From Felis catus (Eukaryota): a stretch of DNA of 64,000 bases. The stretch lies in the NCBI RefSeq assembly GCF_018350175.1, contig NC_058368.1:153638001-153702000 (forward strand), written 5' to 3'. Of the stretch, positions 1 through 12,559 are shown in pieces; the stretch's first letter is position 1, and the number at the start of each line of letters is the position of its first letter. A program made the position numbers and the translations under genes. The notes below the pieces were generated by a model. It was not told the origin of the DNA, did not search any database, and was given only the letters and a program-made list of their open reading frames with translations.

Positions 1-367
1 TTTTTCTGTGCTATGATGCAATCATTATTGCTTCTTAAAAATAGGATTATAATTTAAATTGCTTTCTCATTTGGTTTACTATTCTGAATATGGAGAGATT
101 TCTTTGTATATTTTTGAAAATCTGAAGAGAAAAAGTGGAATGGAAACATCTGGATCACATCACAGATTTCAGTAGCAATAAGTGATTCTGTCAGATTCCC
201 AGGGAAGGAGAATGACTGGCAAAGTCAGCAGTCCTCACCCTACTGGTCAAAAGGATGAGCTTTAGAGGAGTCACTAAGTTGACGAGTAAAAACCTACCCA
301 TTCAGAAATTATCCCCTGGATGCTACTTTCTGGGTCTTTCATAGTTTCATGGAGTAGGGCTTCTCAC

Positions 368-505
368 TTTGAGATACAGCACTGGAAATATGTCACTGGA
401 TCCAGTTATTCCTGATGTGTTCAGTTGTTTAGTATCATCAAACTGAACTTGGTCGTCATTTTCCACGTGTGACAGGTAAACTCCATCAGTGAAAAAGAAT
501 TCACC
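368..505 (-). other. Candidate exon of a minus-strand (nested antisense) transcript; 138 nt, open in phase 0
   Basis: Minus-strand acceptor ttttttgttttcaacccttcctgctgtccacttcag|G at 505. Donor AAA|gtgaga at 368; alternative donors TGG|gtaggt at 298 and AGG|gtgagg at 239. Translates GEFFFTDGVYLSHVENDDQVQFDDTKQLNTSGITGSSDIFPVLYLK, which I do not recognise. Confidence 0.35.
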
Positions 506-2129
506 CTGAAGTGGACAGCAGGAAGGGTTGAAAACAAAAAATGCAACATTATGTTTTCCGGAAAGCAAAATTATTTTTAAAAAATGAGATATGGGTAATC
601 ATCACATGGACTAAGAGCACTTCCGAAGTAAAATCTGAATCGTGCTGGATCAGATAACTGGAAGCAAGCTCACCTGACATTTTAGCATGGCATTCATGGT
701 TGAAGCTGAATTTTTTTCTGAGGTTGGTCTTGAACATAAATTCATATTTTGATGAAATAGGTTCTAAATATTGGATATTTTTATTTTGACATAGTTAAAC
801 AGTATTACAAGTTATTGTTATTTTGTGGGCATTTGCAACTTAATGGAAGGTTTCATCAATTTATTTCAATATGCCCAACATGAGGAAAACTATTTACATT
901 TAAGAATATGGTACCATTTAGTTTATTATTTAACTTGTGAAAAAGATGATTTTTAAAATACTTTTACAAAGTAAGGAAAAATTGGCATTTTAAAGTTTTA
1001 GTTTCGTTAAGGAGAATTTTTAAATGTTTCTGCTTTATTGTATCTAGTCACATTATGGTTTGTATAATAACTCCAAGTCTCACATCCTTAAAATAATCGG
1101 GCAAAAACTAAATTGGATTAAAGACAAAGATTGCAAATGTCCTGGTATGCCTAGCATTGTACTTGGTACCTTTAGAATATCCAACCAAAGTTCCCATTTA
1201 GTATGTCTATGCAATAAATCCATTCTCCCTCAAAGTATTTCTGAATGTAAAAATGAAAATAGACATTTATATGCAGTCTGAGCTAGAAAGAGGTGCTGAT
1301 ACTGTAATTAATATTGTACCACAATATCTTTTTAATCTATCATGCTGCCTTTTGCCCTTTATGGTATGTCAGAGAGGAGTGTAATGAATGAGTGTGTCTG
1401 TGAGTATCAGCTTGAATTTGGTGAAAAGCGAGGTAACATGACATTTAATGTGATTAAGGCAGGTATAGATTCAGGTTTATTAGCTTTCACACAATCAAAT
1501 GAAAACCAATGATGATAAAACATCAAATATTTTTGAAAGATTCTTTCCAGAGTTTATTTTAAAGCTCAATTTGCATAGAGGCGTTTGGTTATGTTTAAGA
1601 ATTAACAGGATTCCCCGACTTTGTAATGTTTCTTAGGAAGATAACTCACAATAGTAAAACATCAGAATATTTACCATTTTAGGAGATAAATGAGGGATTT
1701 ATTATTAAATCATAAAAGAATTGGCATAAATCTGACTTGAAACAGCTGTTTAGAGGATTAGCATAGAGTGTCTTTTCAAGTCGAAGAGAATAATTGTTCT
1801 TCATTTTTCATATCAGAAGGGGGCACTAGTGGTCTACTTTTAATAACAGCGAAGCTTTTTTTTTTTTTTTCTTTTGTTAGACGACATTTGATAATAAATA
1901 AGTATCATTTTCTATTTAATGTTGAGGCAATCGTATGAACAATTAAGAGTGTAAATATCTATTGTTAGGTTAAAAATTTAAATAATTAAAAGTTTGTATG
2001 CAAATGTAGTCTTATCCCTTTTTCTTTTCATCTAAGGATATGGCACAAGATTAAGAAGTTTTGTTCTAAGAGTACCAATTCTTATTGTTTAATGCCTAAT
2101 GCTAATGACGGGAATGATGGAATAGATTA

Positions 2130-2134
<5 letters not shown>

Positions 2135-2170
<36 letters not shown>
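2135..2170. repeat. (AC)18 microsatellite
   Basis: Perfect dinucleotide run. Confidence 0.97.
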
Positions 2171-2173
<3 letters not shown>

Positions 2174-2387
2174 TTCAGTGAACTTGATCTCATTCTCTCA
2201 CCGCTCAGCAAACTGGCGACAACACTCACAATAAGACACTTTACTATTTATATAACTTGCCATTCAGTATTTATCTGCAGTATCAATTGTGACTTGAAAT
2301 AAATTAACATAATTCATTATCTTATAATTTCCAGTTTGATTAGACAAATGGTCCATGTGCATACTTAATAGGATGACTGCACTTTAC

Positions 2388-2606
2388 ATCTCTCTAGATC
2401 TCCATTAAAAGAGAAGCTGAAAATGCAGTGCTTAAGCTCATTGGCTGACATCTCTCTGTGTCCGGATCATCTGTTTAGAATAAACATGGCTGGACAATGT
2501 GATATTCTAAGTCCACAAACTGCGTAATTGAAGAATTTCAGAGATGCACCCAGACGTGGGATAGCTCTGTCCTCAGTCTAGGTTTGGAAGGCAGGCACGC
2601 AAGTAC
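2388..2606 (-). other. Candidate non-coding (5'UTR-like) exon, minus strand
   Basis: Acceptor ctttcatctgttgtctttctttag|G at 2606. Donor GAT|gtaaag at 2388 (alternative TAA|gtatgc at 2365). Contains several ATGs, most opening short ORFs. Confidence 0.35.
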
Positions 2607-3200
2607 CTAAAGAAAGACAACAGATGAAAGCTGGCAGCCTCTTCATTTCCAGACAGTACACTTTTCTGAATTTAGCAAGACTTTCCCTCCCCCCAGAGCC
2701 TTCCATGTAAGTGTGAAGATGTTGAGACATGCATTATGTTTTACATTTTTGGTTAAGTTTTGCAGAAAATCATATGGCTAAGTAGTACTTGTATTATAAT
2801 GGAAAAAGGTGTGAGGAAAAGCCCTCCAAAAATGAAATCCACTTGTCAGTTTGAATTTGACATGTTTTATTACATAGTAAAACCTGTCAGCTAAAATTTT
2901 AGAGATTTACACCTAAGTTGTGACTGAAAACAGGTAATTGTCCTTTCAAAACAGGTATTTTGAGTACATAAATGGAAATGTTAGTAGCTGTGCACTCGTA
3001 GTGTTATCTGTTCTGCTTGCAAAGTGAATTTCAAAAATTTAAGAATTGTTGCTGGTATTTAAAAAATACTAAGAATAACTTAAGAGAATGAGAACTTAGG
3101 AAGCCTGCTTTGTAACAACACTTTATAGACAGAGATTTGAATATTGTCCACTCAGCTCATAATGCCATTAACACCTATTCAACAGCATACCTTTCCAAGA

Positions 3201-3230
3201 TTTCCTAATGCAATTTTTCCTAATGCAATT
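3201..3230. repeat. 15-bp perfect tandem duplication
   Basis: tttcctaatgcaatt twice in tandem. Confidence 0.95.
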
Positions 3231-3532
3231 TTAAGTATTTAATGATGAGAAATTGAAGAACACATTTATATTTGATTAATATTAATGAATAAAACTTTAT
3301 CTCCAATAATTAAAATGTTTTATACACGTTAAAATCTTTAATTCAACACAAACTTTTTTTTCCCTTTAAGCTAAAGCAATTGGGCTTTCTGAAGCTCAGT
3401 CTGGATTTTTATCCAGAACACAAAATGAGTAGGAGGGAATTTTCCTTGTTGTACTAGGACCCTCCCCAATTTCTTTTGGATCTGTGATTTTGAAAGGTTG
3501 TATTTACTTTGCTCTCTCTTGCATCCTGAATA

Positions 3533-3538
3533 AGAAGG

Positions 3539-3588
<50 letters not shown>

Positions 3589-3674
3589 AAGAGAGAGAGA
3601 GAGGACAGAAGGAAGGAAAGAAAAAAAGTGGGGAAATCAGAAGGAAGTAGAGAAGAACAGAAAGGACAAAAAGA
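3533..3674. repeat. (GA)n microsatellite and polypurine tract
   Basis: Long GA run from ~3540 followed by an A/G-rich tract; explains the ERERER and LSLSLS ORFs. Confidence 0.95.
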
Positions 3675-3687
3675 ATGTCTTGGAGAG

Positions 3688-3716
3688 ATATATACATTTT
3701 GATGAATTGACATTGG
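3688..3716 (-). promoter_or_regulatory. Putative core promoter motifs (CCAAT and TATA-like), minus strand
   Basis: Minus-strand CCAAT at 3716-3712 and TATATAT at 3694-3688, upstream of a pyrimidine tract; two more CCAAT at ~4021-4039; candidate first-exon donor AAG|gtatgc at 3191. Motif evidence only. Confidence 0.2.
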
Positions 3717-6442
3717 TAGTTTTTTGGTACTAGCTGAGGAACAGTGGGATCCTGGCAGCAGATTTAAGATAACACATCTCAACTTTCAGAACAACATGAT
3801 TTAAAGAAACGGTGTGACTCAGAGGATAGTTTTGGCATTGAGTTTGTGAGAAAAGGAAGTTTTGCTTTTGTATTGCTCTTCAAATATAAGAGAAAGTTCC
3901 ATTTCTGCCAACATAGATAAAAAAGCTATCCAATTATTACAACGCCAGCTTTCTCTTTACAAATATCAAGTGTAATTAAAGCAAAAAGCTAAATATTATA
4001 GAGAAAATAAGATGGAAAATATTGGCTGTTGGAAATTGGCTTGGTATGGGCTTTGTGGATGGATGGCATTTACTAAATTGTACCAATTCTGCTTTACGTT
4101 TTTAGACAGCGTTAAAGGCTGAATTATTGATTTGCCTGCTCTTCAGCATTAGAGGCAGCCATGAAAGCATACCTCATCTGCTCAGATATTTTTCCCACCA
4201 ATAAGTTTTTGTCAATCTCTTCTACAAACAGTTTGTGAATAGTCATGGACTAAAAGCTTCCCTTGTTACGTTGTACTTCTTTCTGTGTGTGTTTTTTAAA
4301 ACCATTATCTCTGATAGGCCTATTCTATATTCCCTGATCTTTGTCTAAAGGGCTAAATCTAATTTGTGTGGTCCTTTTACTGGTATTTTGCTATTACTCA
4401 AGTTTCTCTGTTTTCCTTTAATGCCTCCTTAAATATTTTCTCATTTTACCCTTAAGCAAAATGTCAGATGCTTGGCAGACAAAATATTGCATCCTTGAAT
4501 CAAAGGAAGGCAGTATCTAGTTCAGCACTTCATCTGTCCATTTTGTAATGTGTATCTTCTGGGCCCTCTGTAAACACTGAGCATCCACCTGAAATAGTAC
4601 ATTATTACCTGACAGCAGCAGACTATACACATATATGCCTTTTATTACATGTGTGTATGTATAACTTTTATGCAGATTAGGGCCTGCAGCAGTTCTTCTT
4701 TTCTTACACCCTCCTAGATACTGCTCCAAGTGGCTGTTAAGAAAATGGAATACACAAGCAAATGTGATAAACCTACATAGATGTACTCAAGTGAAAAACA
4801 GCTTGAGATAGACTGATTGAGTTAAAAAAGGCATAGAAGAGGATGTGTAATATGATTGCCTAGGTTTAAAATATTTAAAATACTAAAATATCAAGAAGGA
4901 TATAAAAGAAACTGTTAATAATGGTTGTCCCAAATGAGGGGAGTTGGGAGAAAACGGAGAGCAATTTAAAATGCACATCTTATAAAGTCAACAATGTAGT
5001 GGTATGGTTGGGTTCATCTAGAAGCTGAAGGGTTTAACTCTTTTACTCTTTCCGTTTCATCTTTATGTGATGGCAAAGAAACTTAAATAGGCTTTAAAAA
5101 TATTTTATGAAAGTATCTTCTAGAATCAGAAGAACATAGAACTACTTAGAGGATGAGAAGGAAATTATCAAATTGATTTATTTTTAGCAAGGAGTTTATA
5201 TACTGAATCAACTAAACATAATGTCTCTTTCTTTTTTTCCATTACTTGGGATTCTTTCCCCTAAATAGGCATTTGACCTTCCCAGTGACATTTGGAATTT
5301 TTAGTTAGTTACAGTGTTGCTGACATTTGTGATGATGTGGGTGGGGTTGGGAGGAGGTAGATGGCTGGGTTTGATAGCAGGATACTCAATTATAAAATCC
5401 TTGGACAAGATCAGAAAAGTAAATCCTTTGGCATTTTTTTTGAAAGGCCCAGTGTATTTAAGGAATGGAGATAATTGGAAAAAATAGTGTTTTGGTGATG
5501 GAAATCATTGGTGACTCTGGAGGGGAGGGGCTTAATATATTTTCACCTGAATGTAACAAATCCATTTTGCACAGTATTCAAAGAGAATTCACTTAAAAAT
5601 ATTCCAAAAATTAAAATGTTTGTGGAATTTATTGTTACTCTAAATTGAAAGAACATTTTATGAAGTCACTTTGCTACCTGGAATTAAAAAAATACATCAA
5701 GAGGCTTAAAACATTTTTGGTACTTCATTCAAAGTTTAATACCTTTCTAATTTGATAAGTCAGAACCTTTGCCTTCTAATTCCTGTATTCTGTCTCTTTG
5801 TATTCTCTTATATTCCATTTTCTAGATTCTTATGTCCACAGAGATACAGAAAATCCTGGATCTTGATAATAGAAAATGTTTTGGATAACATGATTTTCAG
5901 AAATTTCCCCTGGTGTCCATAGTTTCACAGTCCTGATTGTGCCTATATCAATCCCATGAGCTCTGACCGTATCCCTAGTCACCACTGAAGAGCAAAACAT
6001 TTTATTCAGCTTTATCTCCCCAAGATGTGTTGGAAAAAAAGGAACTCCTTTCCTGTTGAATAGACCTATCTTATCTCCTACATATTCTCAGTCATTACTT
6101 CACTTTTTTTGCCAAATATTCCCTATATAAGTGATCTTCTTGGCTATAAATGGAAATTCCTATGGCTACTTCTGCTATAAAAATGGAAAATGCATTTATG
6201 AATAATGACATTTCCCATAATGTAACACATGGCTGTTGAAGTTAATGCTTTGACACACATTTCTCTGTGTAACTGATTGTAAAGGAGCATATTGTTGCTC
6301 ATGTACTTTGGTTTGTGTTATGCCTCTGGGGATAAGAATTTGTGTATGCTATTGTTGCTGTTCTTTATGAGTCCAAGAGACTATCCCAGCAAGATTGTGA
6401 TATTAAATAGATTAAATACAAAGATAATACTCCAGATGTCAT

Positions 6443-6692
6443 TGTGTGTGTGTGTGTGTGTGTGTGTGTTTTAATGTTTATTTATTTTTGAGAGAGAGAG
6501 AGAGAGAGAGAGCGAGACAGAGCATGAGGAGCACAGGAAGGTCAGAGAGAGCGGGTGACACAGAATCTGAAGCAGGCTCCAGGCTCTGAGCTGTCAGCAC
6601 AGAGCCCGATGCAGGGCTCAAACCCGTGAGCCAGGACATCATGACCTAAGCCAAAGTCAGACACTTAACCAACTAAACCATCCAGGTACCCC
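6443..6692 (-). mobile_element. Can-SINE with (TG)n at the tail junction
   Basis: Reverse-complement head (...catccaggtacccc), (GA)n region and T-rich tail; short TSD tcattgt on both sides. Confidence 0.93.
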
Positions 6693-7164
6693 TTCATTGT
6701 ATACATTTTTATTTCTGAAAAAAAGCAAAATATGCCTTTTAATATGCATAATTCCCAAACTTGCCCTGCACTTCTGAGAAATATCTTATAAATACATTCA
6801 TCTGATCTAAAAAGTATGTCCCTGGAAATGTAAATGTCATATATCCATGGAAATGTATATCGGATATAAAACTGGAACTTTTTCTGTTGATGAATTATAC
6901 CTGAGACCCCAAGACCAACAACAGAACAGATACCATATATTCCACATTGGATGGTAAGGTGCCAAACCTTCATGTTGGATATTCTGTGAAATTGGGAAAC
7001 TTGTCAGCATTAGTACACACTCAACTCCATGCTGTATAAAAAGTGGTTCAACAGGGTGATGAAAAGTTCTTTACGTCCAGGGGACTTCTTTGGAGGGAGC
7101 TGTCAAGGTGGGAATATAAATGAATGAGATTTAGTAAGGCTTTAAGTTAAGAAGGATAAAGATA

Positions 7165-7960
7165 ATACCTATTGGAAAAAGGATACAGATAAACAGACAA
7201 TTCAGAGAGGAAGTAATCCAAATGGTCAATAAAAGTTGTATAAGATTTCCATCTGCATTATTAATTGGGTTGATGTAAATTAAAGCAAAAATGAGATGTA
7301 ATTTTGAACTTTTCAGATTGGTAAAGAAGGTAAAATCTAAATATAAATCTTGTCCAGGATGTGGGGAAGTGGTAACCTTACTGGGAGGAGTGTAAATTGG
7401 CATAATCACTTTAGAGTGATCATTTTTGTAAATGGATATACCACAGGGTCCAGCAATTCTACTTCTGGGCATATGTACTGAACCGGTACTGTCCAATATG
7501 ATAGTCACTAGTCACATGTAACTATTTAAATTTGCATTTAAATTAATTAGAATTCAATAAAATAAAAAATCCAGTTCCTCAGTCATGTGAGACTCATTTC
7601 AGATGCTCTGTAGTCACAGCACAGAGCATTGCCATCTTTGAGGAAAGTTATATTGGACAGTGCTGTCCTTAAGAAAATTCTTCCCAGGTGCATAAGGGGA
7701 CATATAAAAGTCGTTCATTTCAGTGTTATTTTATAGTAGCAATCTGTATGTCTATTAGTGGAGGAATGGAAAAATAAATTATGACATATCCACACAATGG
7801 ACTATTACATAACAGTTAAAATAAATGAACTAGCTCTTATTTTAACTACGATAATAACTCTATAAAATGTATTAAGTAAAAAAAAGTGACTTTCTGAATG
7901 TTATAAAAAGTAGGATCCTATTTACATAAATTAAAAACAAGCACAGAATATTACCACACA
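7165..7960 (+). mobile_element. Ancient L1 (L1M-type) ORF2 3' end/3'UTR fragment, interrupted by MER3
   Basis: Degenerate L1 motifs (gtgtaaattgg; ccagcaattctacttctggg; atatccacacaatggactatta). Confidence 0.75.
7484..7665 (-). mobile_element. MER3-like hAT-Charlie MITE
   Basis: Terminal inverted repeats ctgtccaata...tattggacag; internal cactagtcacatgt and ccagttcctcagtc match the recalled MER3 consensus. Confidence 0.85.
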
Positions 7961-7976
7961 TGGTGAATGAGTGAGT

Positions 7977-7978
<2 letters not shown>

Positions 7979-8012
<34 letters not shown>
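7979..8012. repeat. (GT)17 microsatellite
   Basis: Perfect run. Confidence 0.95.
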
Positions 8013-8014
<2 letters not shown>

Positions 8015-8376
8015 ATGTGGTACTTTTCTCTCTCTCAAAACATAAACAGGCTGGATTAGCACCACTTACATAATAATGATTACTTCTATGGTGCGTGGCA
8101 GAGAAGAAAATTTTACAGGAATTGGGATTATATATGAAAATGTATAGATTTTAATCTGAAGCATAGATGAAATGAATGGTGGTCTTTGTTCTTTTTTGGT
8201 AGGGACAAGAGAGATAATTTTTATGTTATCTTCTGCTGCTTTCTGTATTTTAATTTTTTCAAACTGCTGGGAAATGATTTGATTATATAATATATCAAAG
8301 TTATACATAAAAACCATATATCCATTATTTATTGGCAAAATATAATAAAGTTAATAAGATGAAGAACATAATATTA

Positions 8377-8716
8377 TGATTGACCTTTGAATAACACGGT
8401 TTTGAACTGCATAGGTCCACTTATACATGGGGCTTTTTTTCAGTGACTAAGGTATAGAACTATAAATACATTTTTTCTTCCTTATATCTTTAATAACATT
8501 TTCTCCTCTTTGGCTTACTTTATTGTAAGGATACAGTATAATACATACAACGCACAATTATGTGTTAATCAACTGTCTATGTTATTATATCAGTACAGCT
8601 TCCTCAATAATAGGGTAGAAGTAGTTAAGTTTTGGGGGAGTCAAAATTTATACATGGAGTTTTGACTTTGTTGTGATTCATGTCCCTAACACCCTGAGTT
8701 GTTTAAGAGTCCACTG
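8377..8716 (+). mobile_element. Tigger2a/MER28-like Tc1-mariner MITE
   Basis: TIR-like ends ttgacctttgaataacacgg...ttgtttaagagtccactg flanked by TA; internal gttaagttttgggggagtcaaaa. Confidence 0.85.
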
Positions 8717-9132
8717 TATATAAGGTAAAAAAACAAAAACAAAAAAATCTCTCAATATATTTCCTAATAGAAGGTTAGCAAATAATTCCCCAGTGTATTA
8801 TTGAGGCACTGGAATGCATATTTTGTTAATGTTTTACTTATACTAAAAGTATGTTCATATTCCCTAAAATGTATAACTGATTGACCGTGGGAAATGATGT
8901 AGAAATGTGGTGGATCATGAGCAAAATAAAAATTAGAATTATAGATTACAAATAGAAAATAAAAAATAAACTATGGTTTCTTATGTTCTATTATTTTTCT
9001 TTAAGCAATAGACTCCCTAAGAAAAATAACTGGTTAACCAAAATGCTTAGGAGTTTAGCCTATATATATTTTTTTGATAAATGTGCATGTTGACTTTTTG
9101 TTTTTGTGTACATTTCTACCCTTTACTATTAG

Positions 9133-9575
9133 ATTTTTCTTTTTTATTGAGATGTAATTAACATAGGACATTGTGTAGTTTTAGGTGTATAACATTATGA
9201 TTTGACAAATGTACATCTTGTGAAATGATTACCACAATAAGTTTAGTTAACAGATAGCAACACACATAGTTAAAGTTTTTTTTTATTGTGATGAGAACTT
9301 TTTTTCTTTTTTAAAAGTTTATTTATTTATTTTTGAGAGCAAGGGTGGGGGAAGGGTATAGAGAGGGGAAGACAGAGAATCCCAAGCAGGATCTGCACTG
9401 TAAGCACAGAGCCTAGTGTGGGGCTTGAACTCAGGAACCATGAGACCATGACACGAGCTGATATTAAGAGTCAGATACTTAACCAGCTGAGCCACCCAGT
9501 TGCCCCTCTTGTGACGAGAACTTTAAATATCTACCCAGTTAGCAACTTTCAAATATATAATACAGTATTGTTAAA
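9133..9575 (-). mobile_element. L1MA-type 3' end fragment, split by a SINE
   Basis: gaaatgattaccacaataagtttagttaac...tagcaactttcaaatatataatacagtattgttaa. Confidence 0.8.
9302..9506 (-). mobile_element. Can-SINE
   Basis: 16-bp TSD ttgtgaYgagaacttt at 9286-9301 and 9509-9524. Confidence 0.95.
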
Positions 9576-9784
9576 ATTTCTTTGAGAAATTTTTGTTCTT
9601 TTATTGATGTTTATTTTAGTCATAGCTCCAAAGATTTGCTAGATATTCATAAGATGCTTTTTAGAATTAACTGTATTGAGTGATAATGTACATTAAATTG
9701 CACTGATTTTTATTACACAGTTTACGAGTTGGGACATATGTATTCTTGATCTAACTTCTATCACATATAGGTCTGTAATCTTTG

Positions 9785-10520
9785 ATTTTGACCCTTACCT
9801 CATACTGTTTACAAAAATTAGCTCAAAATGGACAAAAGGGTAAAAGCTAAAAGGAGAAAACAGCTAGGAAAAAACAGAAGAAAATCTTTGTGATCTGTGT
9901 TACACAAAGATATTCTAGGAAGAGACAAAAAATGCTGTTTAAAAAAACTTTGATAAATTGAACTTCAGCAAATTAAAACTTTTGCTCTTCAAAAGTTACC
10001 ATTGAGAAAATGAAAAGGCAGTCACAGAGAAAACATTTGCAATATATCTATATATCTATATCTATATCTATATCTATATCTATATCTATATCTATATAGA
10101 GAGAAAGACTTGTATCTAGAGTGTACAAAGATCTCTTACAACTCAATAATAAAATAAACAACCTAACTAAAAATGAGCAAAAGATTAAAAAAGACACTTC
10201 ATAAGTGAAGACACATATTGCCAATAAGCACATGAAGTGTCATCAGAGAAATGCAAATTAAATCCATAATGGGATACTATTATTCATCCACTAGCTTGAA
10301 TAAAAACTGTAGAATTATACAGCGACTCTGGAAAAGTTTTGAAGTTTCTTATGAAGTTAAACATACTCTTGTATGTTTATGTGACCTTAAAATTTTTCTC
10401 CCAGGTATTATAACAGAAAAGAAAACCTATGTCCACACAAATACTTGTACACAAATATTCATAGTAACTTTATCAACAGATTCCAAAAACTGGAAACAAC
10501 CCAAATGTTCAACAGAATGT
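9785..10520 (+). mobile_element. Old L1 ORF2 3' fragment containing (TATATC)n at 10043-10097
   Basis: ORF 10251-10610 has L1 C-terminal motifs (MQIKS...KNWKQPKC); the hexamer repeat gives the DIDIDI ORF. Confidence 0.85.
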
Positions 10521-11041
10521 CTTCTGAGTATGGAGTATTTAATAAATACTTCTTCTGTCCCTTTCCCAATGTTCCATTATTCTGTGGGTATCAATCGGAT
10601 AAAATCATGAATGTTTCCGTGAGATGTTATCATCATAGAGATTTTGTTGTTTGATTATATAGGGAGAAAAAACTCCACAATATTATATCAAATTTAAAAG
10701 TGTTTAGGTTTAGAGTGGTAGATATTTAAATATGAGTGAAGTAAGACAATATAAAATCAATTAGTGTGGCAACTTGGGCAGGTTTTGGAGACCTATAAAG
10801 AGAAGGAGGTGAATGACCTGTGTGATAACTCTAAGGGATATGGGGTAAATAACCTCCTGTGTCTTTTTAAAAATAAATTATGTCCGTTTATGAACTATAT
10901 GAAGGATTCAGTATGTGTCATTATTTTCACCAAAAGGAGGGACATCAGCCAACTCTCTGGTGAGATGAAACCTCAACAGTTAGGGAGATAGGCCTTCAAA
11001 TTGTTTGAAGTGGCATAAATATTTCCATATTAGGTCAGTGT

Positions 11042-11750
11042 TGTGTTAGTTTCGTATGTATGTATGTATGTATGTATGTATGTATGTATGTATCCACTCA
11101 TTGATGGAGAGAGTGTGCAAGCAAGGGAGCAGAAGGAGAGGGAGGAAGAGAATATTAAGCAGGCTCCATGCTCAGCGTGGAGCCTGATGTGGAGCTCCAT
11201 CTCACCAACCTGAGATCATGATCTGAGCTGAAATTGAGAGTTGGATACTTAACTGACTGAGCCACCAAAATGCCCCATTAGTTTCCTATTGATGCTGTGA
11301 CATATTTCCACAAATCAGTTGTTTAGTACAAAAAATGTATTACCTTACAGTTCTCGAGGTCAGAAGTCCAAAGTGTGTTTCACTGGGCTAAAATCAAGGT
11401 GTCTGGAGGACTGGATTCATTCTGGAAGCTGTAGCAGAAAACTATTTCCTTACCTTTTCCAGATTCCAGAGGCAGCCAGTATTCATCTACTTCTGGTCCC
11501 CTTCCATGTTCAAAGCGAGTTATCTTGTCTCTCTCACCACTGTGTCCATAATCACAGCTCCTTCTGTGACTTTCCTGCTTCTAAGGACCTTTGTGATTAC
11601 ACTGGGCCTACCTGAATTGTCCAGGATAATCTCCCTATCTTAGAGCCTTAACTGTACTTGCAAATTTCCTTTGCCATGTAGGGTAATATATTCACAGGGT
11701 CCAGAGATTAGGATGTGGACATCTTTGGGGCCATTAAATAGCTTAATACA
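11042..11750 (-). mobile_element. MLT1D-like MaLR solo LTR, interrupted by a SINE
   Basis: tgtgttagtttc...ttacagttctcgaggtcagaagtcc...gattaggatgtggacatctttgggg; TG...CA ends. Confidence 0.85.
11054..11276 (-). mobile_element. Older Can-SINE with (GTAT)10 tail
   Basis: TSD ttagtttc; tail converted to a tetranucleotide repeat at 11054-11093. Confidence 0.9.
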
Positions 11751-12559
11751 TCATCTTCTAACCATGGACAGATTTAGGGTTAAGCAGAGAAACTTTCAAG
11801 AAAATCAAACCTATAGCATTGACAGCTTTTTGAATCTGAAGAAATATGGACATATTTGGTACTTTAGTTACTGGAAAAATTTAAGAGATTTTGGACTTTT
11901 GGAAGTAGCAAGTCAGTCTTGCATATCTAATTGATTTAAATTTGTGACTTCAAGTTGAAATGTTACCAATTTATAAGGAGTATCGGATAATTTAAGAGAA
12001 TGTGAAGAATTACTCTTGGATAGTTAAAAAGCAATAAGATATTTATGAATTCAGTTTAGGTAACTAAAGAGGTTAACTAAGTTTGCAACTGGGAGCACTT
12101 ATTAATTAAAGACCTCCTTTAAAATGGGTTACTAAAATTTCCTAGACAATCATGATATTTGTAAATTAGACTTATTTACTTAATTTTTTTTACTTATTTA
12201 ATTTATAACCAAGTTAGTTAGCATATAGTGCTATAATGATTTCAGGAGTAGATTCCAGTAATTCATCCCCTATGTATAACACCTAGTGCTCATCCCAACA
12301 AGTGTCCTCCCTAATGCTCCTTACCCATTTAGCCCATCCCACACCCACAACCCCTCCAGCAACCCTCAGTTTGTTCTCTGTATTTAAGAGTCTCTTATGT
12401 ACTGTCCCCCTCCTTCTTTTTATGTTATTTTTGCTTCCCTTCACTTATGTTTATCTGTTTTGTATCTTAAAGTCCTTATATGAATGAAGTCATATATTTG
12501 TCTTTTTCTGACTAATTTCGCTTAGCATAATACCCTCTAGTTTCATCCACGTTGCAAAT

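Noticed and set aside
13..87. C/D-box snoRNA-like motif pair
   Set aside because: Box C is ATGATGC rather than RTGATGA; no terminal stem or recognisable guide
3371..3782. Three overlapping ORFs (LSLSLS/ERERER)
   Set aside because: Artefacts of the (GA)n microsatellite
6847..6958. Short plus-strand ORF (MEMYIGYKTG...) ending at a GTAAG donor
   Set aside because: No acceptor or promoter support; peptide not recognised
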